Shown here: positions 17,284-24,906 of the stretch, in pieces
Numbering within the stretch: the stretch's first letter is position 1
Layout: every line of letters begins with the position of its first letter
Source: Myxococcales bacterium
GTDB taxonomy: Bacteria > Myxococcota_A > Polyangia > Polyangiales > Houyiibacteriaceae
DNA: 64,000 nucleotides
Assembly (NCBI GenBank): GCA_024643985.1
Contig: JAHELW010000002.1
Span: 9,335-73,334, forward strand
Reading direction: 5' to 3'
The notes under the pieces: generated by a model
The model's database searches: none
What the model was told of the DNA's origin: nothing
The model's input: the letters and a program-made list of their open reading frames with translations, nothing else
Program-made: the position numbers and the translations under genes

Positions 17284-18213
17284 TCAGTCGGCGTCGAGCA
17301 GCTCGGCGACCACGGCCTGAAATTCCTGAATCGAGCTGATGTGCGAGGCTCTTTCCGTGCGCGACTTCAGCGGATGCCCGGGCGGACATCCGATCCAGAT
17401 TGGCACCCGCGGCGCCAGCGTCTCCACCAGGCGCTCGACCTGCACCATCTCCTCCTCGGACATGCGTCGAATGACCGACAGCACGAGGACATCAGCGTTG
17501 CTCTGCGCGACCGCCCAGATGATCTCCTCGGCGGGAAGCTCGGGACCGAGGTAGAGCACGTCGAACCCCGCTTCCTTGGCGGCGATCGAGCCGGCGAGGA
17601 TCCCAAACTCGTGCGGCTGGCCGGCCGGTGTGGTGAAGAGAAGCTTCGGCGCCCCCTCCGGGCTTTCGATTTGGTCGAGCCGACCGAGGAGCAGCTGACG
17701 GAGCTGTGCGCTCACGAGATGCTCCTGCGCGACACCGAGCGTGCCTTCTGCCCATCGATGGCCGACCTGCCACATCAGCGGAATCGCGACCCGCAGCAAG
17801 AGCTCGACGTTCCCGAGCCCTTCGGTCATCGACTTCAGGAGCGCGAGGGCTTCGCGAGCGTCCAGCGATTCGATGGCCGACATGTACCGCTTCTGCTCCG
17901 GCGTGAGCGGCGGCGGCGCCTGCATCGGCTGGATCGGCCCCTGCTCGCGCTCCGCCTCGACCAGCGCCGCGAGCCGTTCGGTCGGCAGCTTCGCGATCTG
18001 GATCAAATCACGGCCGCGATCGCGAAGCGCCTTGAGGTGAAGCAGTCGCGCCACGTCCTCTTCGCTGAACCGCCGCGTTCCGCCCGGCGTGCGCGCCGGA
18101 TGCACCGCGCCGTAGCGCCGCTCCCAGGCGCGGATCGTCTCCGGTTTGAGACCCGTGCGCGACACCACGAGTCGAAGAGGAAAGAGGGGCTGGTCGTCTG
18201 CTAGTTCTGCCAT
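17284..18213 (-). CDS. MerR-family regulator with C-terminal cobalamin-binding domain (CarH/LitR-type)
   Basis: ATG at 18213. MerR HTH LFPLRLVVSRTGLKPETIRAWERRYG. W-x9-EH motif (RWAEGTLGVAQEH). B12-binding HxxG (GQPHEFGILAG) and a Rossmann-like VLVLSVI segment. Confidence 0.8.
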   Translation of the reverse strand: MAELADDQPLFPLRLVVSRTGLKPETIRAWERRYGAVHPARTPGGTRRFSEEDVARLLHLKALRDRGRDLIQIAKLPTERLAALVEAEREQGPIQPMQAPPPLTPEQKRYMSAIESLDAREALALLKSMTEGLGNVELLLRVAIPLMWQVGHRWAEGTLGVAQEHLVSAQLRQLLLGRLDQIESPEGAPKLLFTTPAGQPHEFGILAGSIAAKEAGFDVLYLGPELPAEEIIWAVAQSNADVLVLSVIRRMSEEEMVQVERLVETLAPRVPIWIGCPPGHPLKSRTERASHISSIQEFQAVVAELLDAD

Positions 18214-18331
18214 TCCGCTACGTAGGCGACCCCGGAAGAATCGCCTGAAAGGGCCGATTCGTCTACCGGCGACTCGACCAGGGATGCGCGCCGTACTTTC
18301 CGCTATCATCCACCCGAAGCGGAGGGGGCGA

Positions 18332-18805
18332 ATGTTTCACGACGTGTCTCACGAGGATCGGCTGCGGACGGTGCGGCTTCCAGACGGGCGGCGCGAGCTG
18401 CTCTCCGAGCTCACGCGCGAGGCCTGCGGTGTGATAATCGTGGTCCCAAAGGGGTTCAAGACCGACTACAGCTCGATTCCGCCCTTTGCGCGGTGGATCG
18501 TCCGCTGGTCCAAAGTCGACGTAGCGGGCGTCGTGCACGACTGGTGTTACCACGTGGGTGTCCAGGACGAATCGGGGAAGCCCTCCAAAGCTCTCTCCGA
18601 TCTCATTTGGAAAGAGATCGCCAAGCGGGGAGCAAGCCGTGCGAATCCAATTCAGGCCTGGCTCTGCTGGGCGGGCCTTCGAATCGATGCACGGCGGGCT
18701 TGGCGACGACACCGTGCAGGGGACGACACCCCGACTGAGTTCCGAGCAGCCTACTTAGCGAGCCTGGAAGGGGCCGCGCCTGCCTCCAGCGGCACCGTCG
18801 CGTGA
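18332..18805 (+). CDS. DUF1353-family protein
   Basis: ATG at 18332 preceded by GGAGGGGG. VVPKGFKTDYSSIPPFARW and VHDWCY match the DUF1353 signature (F.TD..SIP ... HD). Confidence 0.7.
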   Translation: MFHDVSHEDRLRTVRLPDGRRELLSELTREACGVIIVVPKGFKTDYSSIPPFARWIVRWSKVDVAGVVHDWCYHVGVQDESGKPSKALSDLIWKEIAKRGASRANPIQAWLCWAGLRIDARRAWRRHRAGDDTPTEFRAAYLASLEGAAPASSGTVA

Positions 18806-18828
18806 CGCAATACGCCTCAAAACCGCAA

Positions 18829-18862
18829 AAAACACGGCGAAAACGACAGGCCGCGCGGCCTC
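18829..18862. repeat. 34-nt repeat copy A with palindromic core (terminator-like on minus strand)
   Basis: AAAACACGGCGAAAACGACAGGCCGCGCGGCCTC. This differs from 19586-19619 by one base. On the minus strand the GGCCGCGCGGCC palindrome is followed by a T-rich tract, just downstream of the GNAT stop. Confidence 0.5.
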
Positions 18863-18890
18863 ACCAAACTTGATACGCACGGACAGCATC

Positions 18891-19478
18891 TCAGCGAGCT
18901 GAATCGTCGCGTGTCCCCGCCGGAGCGTGGTTCAGCTCCGGCTGCGGAAGCCGCTGCACGATCTGGCGCAGCGGGAGTCCCGAAAGGTCGGCGATCTGCT
19001 GAAACGCCTCGCCGCCCAGGTGGAAGTCGCGATACTCCGGCCCCGCGATCGCAGCGCGCTCATAGAAAGGCCCCGTTTGCGCGTTCCCCTGCCCATACAG
19101 AAACGCTCCGCCCGCTTCGCGAATTCGTTCGCAAACCTTTGCGAGGAGCGCGGCCGAGACGCCGAGCCCTCTTGCTTCCGGCCTGACGTACAGCCAGTCG
19201 GCCCGCCCGCCGAACATGCCCCAGAACATGTCGTGGATTCTGATCCACTGCGCCATTCCGACGACTCGATGCTGCCGCTCGGCGACGACGAGCTCCGCAA
19301 CCGGATCGCGACCGAAGTACGCTGCCCGCATTGCTTCCGACGGCCGCGAATGATGCTCGGCTGGATGCCCTTTGACGAAGTCGTCGATCATGGACTCGAG
19401 GTCGCCTAGATCGCCTTCGTGCGCGAGGCGAACCTGGATCGTGCCGGCATTCCGATCCTGGGGAGCAGCTTCGGTCAT
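18891..19478 (-). CDS. GNAT-family N-acetyltransferase
   Basis: LVVAERQHRVVGMAQW...LYVRPEARGLGVSAALLAKVCERIREAGG is the typical acetyl-CoA binding motif A (R/Q-x-x-G-x-G/A). Confidence 0.85.
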   Translation of the reverse strand: MTEAAPQDRNAGTIQVRLAHEGDLGDLESMIDDFVKGHPAEHHSRPSEAMRAAYFGRDPVAELVVAERQHRVVGMAQWIRIHDMFWGMFGGRADWLYVRPEARGLGVSAALLAKVCERIREAGGAFLYGQGNAQTGPFYERAAIAGPEYRDFHLGGEAFQQIADLSGLPLRQIVQRLPQPELNHAPAGTRDDSAR

Positions 19479-19585
19479 CGAAGCCGCAGCCTATCATCCG
19501 CGCGCATCCCAGAGGGCTCCGGAAGTGGCGACTGTCGCTGCCAAAGGAGGTCGACCTCTGCACTTCATGGGCCCGAAAAACAGAG

Positions 19586-19619
19586 AAAACACGGCAAAAA
19601 CGACAGGCCGCGCGGCCTC
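19586..19619. repeat. 34-nt repeat copy B
   Basis: AAAACACGGCAAAAACGACAGGCCGCGCGGCCTC, a direct repeat of 18829-18862 located upstream of the GNAT start. Confidence 0.5.
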
Positions 19620-19692
19620 TCGTCCGGGTCGCGTGCTCACGACAGCTCGATGACGACGCAACTTCCCAGTGCGCCGGTCGATAACTCTCGCG

Positions 19693-19887
19693 ATGGATTA
19701 TCCCAAACCACTCGTGATCACCCACGACCTTCGCGACGGCTCATTCAGAGAGACCGAGCCGATCATTCTCACGTGGAACGGCGTAGACGTGCCTCGTGCG
19801 CTTCGCACTCTTCGGCCAGGCCAGTACGTGCTCCTTCCCTACGAGCCTCCCGATGACATTCTCCGTCCAAGGAAAGAAGCCGCCTAG
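19693..19887 (+). CDS. Small hypothetical protein (weak call)
   Basis: MDYPKPLVITHDLRDGSFRETEPIILTWNGVDVPRALRTLRPGQYVLLPYEPPDD has protein-like composition. No family or RBS recognised. Confidence 0.3.
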   Translation: MDYPKPLVITHDLRDGSFRETEPIILTWNGVDVPRALRTLRPGQYVLLPYEPPDDILRPRKEAA

Positions 19888-19918
19888 CCGCCTAGCCGCT
19901 CGAGCCTCTCGGCCGCGA

Positions 19919-21601
19919 TCACTCCGCCGGAAGCGCGCCCGGCTCGCCTGTGGGTGAGTCGGTCGAGCTGCGGTAGTCGAGGTAGAGATTTTGCAGGTGG
20001 AGCGCCAGGCAGCCCAGCCCGAAGATGCGGATCAGAAAACCGAGGCCCGCTCCGACGAACGGAATCTCCACGAGGAAAAGAATCGCGAGCAGAGTGATGC
20101 CCGTGAAGAGCACGAGCCTCCGGTCGTCGGTTGCTCCCGAAAACCGCTGCGCGGCCAAGTAGGCGACCACCAGCGTCGAGAGAAAGAGGAGTAGGGCGTA
20201 GACCGCTGCGAGCACCAGCGAGATGGGAATGCCGATGAGCGTGAGGGCGATCATCAGCGCGGCGACCGGGGTTGCCAAGAGGACGATGAAGCCGATCCCC
20301 ATGTCGCGCAGCACCTCGCGGCTCGACTCCGGCGCCGTCGGCCGCAGCGTCGGGAACAGCGCGACGAGCGCCAGCCCGATCAGGAGCAGCGCCAGCGTCT
20401 TGGCGAGCACGCCGAAGTAAAACCCGGCGTGCATGAACGCCCGGTGCTCCTCTTCTTCGTGGATGTCGATCGTGGTTTCGCCGCCGATCGTTGCGCCATC
20501 GTCGATCTCGACCGCGTCCTCGGAGGTCACGGTGGCGTGAAGGTCACCGCCGATCGAGCTGCTGGCGCTCACGCTCACCTCGTTGCCGAACCCGCGCACG
20601 TAGCGCTCGACGCGGCCGCTGAGCTCCGTCGACTCCGCCGCAAAGTGAAGCGCGCGGCCGACCGTGCCCTTGGCGCGCACCGATTCGCCCGCCATGAAGC
20701 CGCCGCGCCGAAGCTCGCCGCCCTCGGCGAGAGTCACGTTCTGCCCGGCCAAAAACCCGGTCCCGCCGACTTTCGCGTCGACCTCGACGTTTTTGCCGGC
20801 CGCGTGCACGTTGCCGCCGACCTCGCCGGCAACGCTCACGGACTCGCCCGCGGAGTAGAGATTCCCGGTGACGCTTCCCGTGACCTCGACGCGCTCCGCC
20901 GCTGCAAAGACATCGCCGTCGACGGTGCCGGCGACGATGGCGGTCTTGCCGCCTAGAAACACGGTGTCGTCGATCGACTCGCCCGCGTCGACTTTGACGG
21001 TTCCCTCTTCCTCGAGGCGAAACTCTGCGGCGTGCGCCTCACTTGGCGCTCCGAGCCCTGCGAACAGCACCAGCGCCACCGCGGCGCCAGCGCCAAGGAG
21101 CGCCGGCCGCCGAAGCGAGAGAAAACCAAGCGCTCCGACGCCGACAAACAGCGTCGCCGCGAAACCAAAAGATGAAACCAACATGTCCTGACCTCCTACG
21201 ATGAGCCCGAGCGCACTGCGCGAAAGCGAGAAGGCTCCTCCGAGCCCACCGAAATTTCCAATCCAACGAAGCCCTGCCGGAAGCGACGGGGTCGCCTGCC
21301 AGAGCCACTCCAACATGAACGGCGTCAGCAGCGCTGCCGCCACCGCGCCCCACACCCATCCCGACGCGGAGGCACCTGCCGTAGAAGCGCTCGACGTCGG
21401 GGCAGTTGCGACAAGGTCGGCGGCAGTAGCCTGCTCCTCGCCGAGCACCTCGATGAGCACCGCGTTTTCCTGCTCGAGGGCCGAAAAGAGCGTCTGGCAG
21501 CCGGCGCAGCCCTCGACGTGAGCCTGAACGCGCCGCGCATCCTCGATGGGAAGCTCGCCATCGGCGTAAATCGAAAGTGTGAGCTCGGTCGGGCAGCTCA
21601 T
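19919..21601 (-). CDS. Anti-sigma factor (zf-HC2) fused to polymer-forming/bactofilin-like repeat domain and polytopic membrane C-terminus
   Basis: The ATG at 21601 overlaps the sigma gene stop (ATGA). H-x3-C-x2-C motif AHVEGCAGC. Repetitive VxGxVxGNLxxAGxxVxVxGxVGGNVHAAG beta-helix-like region. Several hydrophobic helices lie before and after it. Confidence 0.8.
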   Translation of the reverse strand: MSCPTELTLSIYADGELPIEDARRVQAHVEGCAGCQTLFSALEQENAVLIEVLGEEQATAADLVATAPTSSASTAGASASGWVWGAVAAALLTPFMLEWLWQATPSLPAGLRWIGNFGGLGGAFSLSRSALGLIVGGQDMLVSSFGFAATLFVGVGALGFLSLRRPALLGAGAAVALVLFAGLGAPSEAHAAEFRLEEEGTVKVDAGESIDDTVFLGGKTAIVAGTVDGDVFAAAERVEVTGSVTGNLYSAGESVSVAGEVGGNVHAAGKNVEVDAKVGGTGFLAGQNVTLAEGGELRRGGFMAGESVRAKGTVGRALHFAAESTELSGRVERYVRGFGNEVSVSASSSIGGDLHATVTSEDAVEIDDGATIGGETTIDIHEEEEHRAFMHAGFYFGVLAKTLALLLIGLALVALFPTLRPTAPESSREVLRDMGIGFIVLLATPVAALMIALTLIGIPISLVLAAVYALLLFLSTLVVAYLAAQRFSGATDDRRLVLFTGITLLAILFLVEIPFVGAGLGFLIRIFGLGCLALHLQNLYLDYRSSTDSPTGEPGALPAE

Positions 21602-22227
21602 GATTCGTCCTTTCCGGAAGCGCCGAGGCTGCTTCGAAGCTCGCGCTTGGCGCGATGAAGCAACACGGCGACGTTGTTGCGCGTGGTCCCGAGCTCTTTG
21701 GCGATTTCGTCGTACGAGAGGTCGCCGTAGTACTTGAGGACCAGCGGGAGTCGATAGCTCTCGGGAAGCGCGTCGATGGCTGCGAGCAGCGCCCGTCGCT
21801 GTTCCCGTGTTTCGAGCGCGACGAGCGGCGAGGCCACGGCCGCCGGCGCGGGTATCTCGACCGGCTCCGTGTGAAACAGTCGCAACTCGAGTCGCTCGCG
21901 GCGCAGGCGATTGAGGCAGTGGCGGCTTGCAATCGTGAGGATCCATCGATCGAAGGGCCGGCCGCGGTCGTACTGGTCGAGCGCGCTGTAGGCCCGCTCG
22001 AACACCTCGCTCGTCGCGTCTTCGGCAGCCGCACGTGAGCCGAGCATCTTTCGACAGAGCCCGAAGACCCGGCTCGAAAATTCACCGTAGACCTCGCCGA
22101 ATGCGACGGCGTTTCCCAGCTGGGCTTGTTTGAGCGCGGTTTCCAAGTGAGTTTCGTCCATCGGGGCGTCCGCTGCGTCCATCGAGACCGGTGCTCGGGC
22201 CCCATCGAGTCTACACGCGAGGGCCAA
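21598..22227 (-). CDS. ECF (sigma-70 family) RNA polymerase sigma factor
   Basis: Region 2 (FGEVYGEFSSRVFGLCRKML...DATSEVFERAYSAL...FDRWILTIASRHCLNRLRR) and region 4 (LPESYRLPLVLKYYGDLSYDEIAKELGTTRNNVAVLLHRAKRELR). The true start may be an internal Met (22182 or 22161). Confidence 0.9.
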   Translation of the reverse strand: MALACRLDGARAPVSMDAADAPMDETHLETALKQAQLGNAVAFGEVYGEFSSRVFGLCRKMLGSRAAAEDATSEVFERAYSALDQYDRGRPFDRWILTIASRHCLNRLRRERLELRLFHTEPVEIPAPAAVASPLVALETREQRRALLAAIDALPESYRLPLVLKYYGDLSYDEIAKELGTTRNNVAVLLHRAKRELRSSLGASGKDES

Positions 22228-22264
22228 GAAAGATTACAGCCCGTATCAGACCCTCGATCGCATC

Positions 22265-22612
22265 GTGCTTCCTCGGCGAGGGCAATGCGGTAGGATCGCG
22301 CCGATGACGTCTCGCGTCCTCCGCTCTCTCGCTCTTTTTCTCGGCGTCCTGGTCGTCGCCATCCTCGGCGTGGCCGCGTTTCTGCTCAACACCTATCAGC
22401 CGGCCCCCGTCGATCCGGCGTGGGCGGCGCCTCCGTCCGAGAAAATCCCCGACGGCAGCGTGACCGTTCGCTACACGGGCACGGCGACGCTCGTCTTTTC
22501 CGACGGTGAGACGTTCTTTTCTGAAGCATCCTATCGAGAACGAGCTTGGCTGAGTTTTTCAGGCTTCGTCACTAGAAGAGGTAGTCTCTACGCATCGACT
22601 TCGTCCGTGTAA
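22265..22612 (+). pseudogene. Probable truncated gene (N-terminal TM segment plus start of an MBL-fold-hydrolase-like domain)
   Basis: A TM helix LALFLGVLVVAILGVAAFLL, then VTVRYTGTATLVFSDGET resembles the first strand region of membrane-anchored MBL-fold hydrolases. After nt ~22512 both GC content and sequence character change, and the ORF ends after about 30 unrelated codons. Confidence 0.4.
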
Positions 22613-22653
22613 CACCTCCGACACGACGCTCGACGTGTCTATTTGCCATCGGC

Positions 22654-23391
22654 TTGACCCTGCTTGCAGGCGTCTCGTCTAACGCTGCCGCACAAACCGA
22701 CGACGAGCCCCGAGTCACACCGCCCGCCGACCGGTCCGCCGCGGCACAGGCCGCGGCGTCTGCCTCGGAGTCGCCCGGCCGAAGCAGAGAGCGCCGCGGC
22801 GAAGTCTTTTCGGATCTCTACATCGGCGCGGCAGTGACCTCGGACGCCAAGGTCACCCTCGACGGTATCGTTCAAGAAGAAAGCCTCCTCTGCGGGGCGG
22901 AGTGCTCCAGCACGAAGTCACCGGTCGGCGGCCTCCGGGTCGGGTGGTTCGCCGGTCGCTTTCCGTGGCTCGGCGTGTCCGGCGAAATCTCTCTCTTCAT
23001 TCAATCGTGGGCGATTCAAAGCCCCTACGAGGTTCGCGTGATTCCAATCTCGGCGCTCCTCATGTTTCGCGCGCCCTTGATCCGAACGCCCGAGCATCCG
23101 AACGGCCGCGCCCAACCCTACCTCGCCGTCGGTCCGTCGCTCATGATCTCGACGGCCAAGCTTGCCCAAGGCGTTGCGGCCTTCGGCACCGCACGCGTCG
23201 AGTCCGACACCTCGTTCGATGCCGGCCTCGACGCGCACTTCGGGATGAGGCTCGTCGCGTCCAGCTGGATCTCGGTCATCCTCGAATACCGCTTGACCTA
23301 CTTCAAGCCGACCTGGCGTCTCGAAAGTCGAAAAGTGAGCACGACCGTCCGGACGAATCACTACATCATCGGTCTCGGCATTCACTACTGA
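22654..23391 (+). CDS. Outer-membrane beta-barrel protein (OMP_b-brl-like)
   Basis: Alternating beta-strand pattern with C-terminal ...HYIIGLGIHY. The first canonical start is TTG 22654, which sits inside what looks like a signal peptide (in-frame upstream codons read RRSTCLFAIGLTLLAGVSSNAAAQ without any ATG/GTG/TTG). Confidence 0.65.
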   Translation: MTLLAGVSSNAAAQTDDEPRVTPPADRSAAAQAAASASESPGRSRERRGEVFSDLYIGAAVTSDAKVTLDGIVQEESLLCGAECSSTKSPVGGLRVGWFAGRFPWLGVSGEISLFIQSWAIQSPYEVRVIPISALLMFRAPLIRTPEHPNGRAQPYLAVGPSLMISTAKLAQGVAAFGTARVESDTSFDAGLDAHFGMRLVASSWISVILEYRLTYFKPTWRLESRKVSTTVRTNHYIIGLGIHY

Positions 23392-24869
23392 TTCGCGACG
23401 AACGTCTCGAAGATGGCATCGGCGTATGCCGCGTATCCCGCGGGGTTCGGATGGAGCGCGCCGTAGAGATCGCCCTGAAACTGAAAGGTGTTCTGGAGAC
23501 GAATCAGCCAAGGCACGTCGGAGCAATAGCCGTGGCCGGCGAAGCGGGCGTCCACGCCGTCCACGAACTGCCAGCCGTTTCTTTCGGCGGCGGCCCGCAT
23601 CGCCGCGCGGAGCTCGGTCAACACGCAGGTGCTGGCCCACTCCATCTCGGGTTCCGTGATCCCGGGCACCTGCTGGGCGGCGATGCGCAGGCTCTCCTGA
23701 TAGCCGGAAAACTCCGTCGGCCATGCACAAAGATCGCCGAACTCGTCGCGGGTCACGTCGGGGATCTCGGTCAGGAAGACCCGCGCCGGATCCATCTCGA
23801 GCGTGCCTACGATCGCTTCACCGAGCGCATCGTAGTTGCGCGGGAGGTCGTCCAGACCGTCGCGCTGGATGTCCACCGGGCCTTCGCCTTCGACGACCTC
23901 GACGTACCTCTTCTTGGAACCGACCTCGAAGATCGTCTTCGCATCGAGGAGGTCTGGATCAATCGTCTCGGGATCCAAATAGCTCCTGCAGTCTTCTTCG
24001 AAGGGCCCGAGAAAATCGCAGACCAACGAGGCCGTGCTCTCGAGCAGTGGATCCAAGGTGGGCTTTTCCATATGACAATTCTCGCCGAGCACGCAGGCTT
24101 CGACCACGGTCGAAAAGTTGATGTCGTTCCCGCCGATCGACACGAAAAGCGCGTCGATTTCACGGTCGTCCGCAAGCTCGGCGGCGCGCTCGATCTGCGG
24201 CCGGGCCAGGGTGCCGTCCGGCTCGATTCCCTCGTAGCCCTCGAGCAACGCCTCGTAGATCCGGCCTCCCGAGCAGGCCAGGTGCACGAAGGTCACCGAC
24301 GTGTGCGGGTCCGACTCTTCGATCATCTGCGCCGCTCGCACCTGGCCAGAGCGCGAGGATCGGTGACAGCGCGTATTCTGCCACCGCGCGCCGCCTTCTT
24401 CGCGCTCGTCCACGTCGGGGCTGCCTTCCCCGGACCCGTACGAATCGCCGAGACCGAAGATCAGCAGATCCCGAACCTCGACGACTCGGGTCTGCTCCAT
24501 CTGCTCGCCGCTTCCGTTTTCGACCACGAGCGACACCGAATACTCGCCCTCCGCCGGGAAGTCGTATTCGAAGCCGTTGCAGCGCGTTTCTACGCCGACC
24601 TGCTCACCGTCGACGCTCCAGGTGTACGTCCGGGCCCCGGTCGAGGCGCACGCGTCGAGTCTCACCCGCCAGGTATCGGGCTGGAGCGGTCCATCGACGT
24701 AGATCTCGTGGTCGTCCTGCTCTGCGGCTTCCTCGAGCGGAGGAACGAAAAAGCGCGCCGGCATCTCGTAGTCGAACGAAGCCGCAAGCCCGGGCTCGGC
24801 GCCGCAGCCGCTGACCACAAGGGCCAACGACCCGACGAGACGCGCGGACGCATTCCACCTGATCCGCAT
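23385..24869 (-). CDS. SGNH/GDSL-family hydrolase lipoprotein with PKD-like domain
   Basis: LALVVSGC lipobox. PKD-like YTWSVDGEQVG...EGEYSVSLVVENGSG. GDSL block LIFGLGDSYGSGEG. Block III SIGGNDINF. C-terminal HPNPAGY (catalytic His region). Confidence 0.85.
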   Translation of the reverse strand: MRIRWNASARLVGSLALVVSGCGAEPGLAASFDYEMPARFFVPPLEEAAEQDDHEIYVDGPLQPDTWRVRLDACASTGARTYTWSVDGEQVGVETRCNGFEYDFPAEGEYSVSLVVENGSGEQMEQTRVVEVRDLLIFGLGDSYGSGEGSPDVDEREEGGARWQNTRCHRSSRSGQVRAAQMIEESDPHTSVTFVHLACSGGRIYEALLEGYEGIEPDGTLARPQIERAAELADDREIDALFVSIGGNDINFSTVVEACVLGENCHMEKPTLDPLLESTASLVCDFLGPFEEDCRSYLDPETIDPDLLDAKTIFEVGSKKRYVEVVEGEGPVDIQRDGLDDLPRNYDALGEAIVGTLEMDPARVFLTEIPDVTRDEFGDLCAWPTEFSGYQESLRIAAQQVPGITEPEMEWASTCVLTELRAAMRAAAERNGWQFVDGVDARFAGHGYCSDVPWLIRLQNTFQFQGDLYGALHPNPAGYAAYADAIFETFVANQ

Positions 24870-24906
24870 CTCGCGGTCTTCTATAACACGATACTGAGCG
24901 CGCTCC

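Noticed and set aside
18332-18805. The DUF1353 gene as a marker of a prophage remnant.
   Set aside because: It is a single gene with host-like GC content and codon usage. No integrase, capsid, tail or lysis genes are nearby.
18891-19887. GNAT gene plus the nearby small ORF as a GNAT/RHH (TacT-like) toxin-antitoxin pair.
   Set aside because: The small ORF is on the opposite strand and about 215 nt away. It shows no RHH/DUF1778-like sequence. The GNAT gene has its own terminator-like repeats.
19888-19918. A short tandem GCCTAGCC GCCTAGCC after the small ORF.
   Set aside because: It has only two units of 8 nt and no further structure. It is most likely chance or a minor slippage product.
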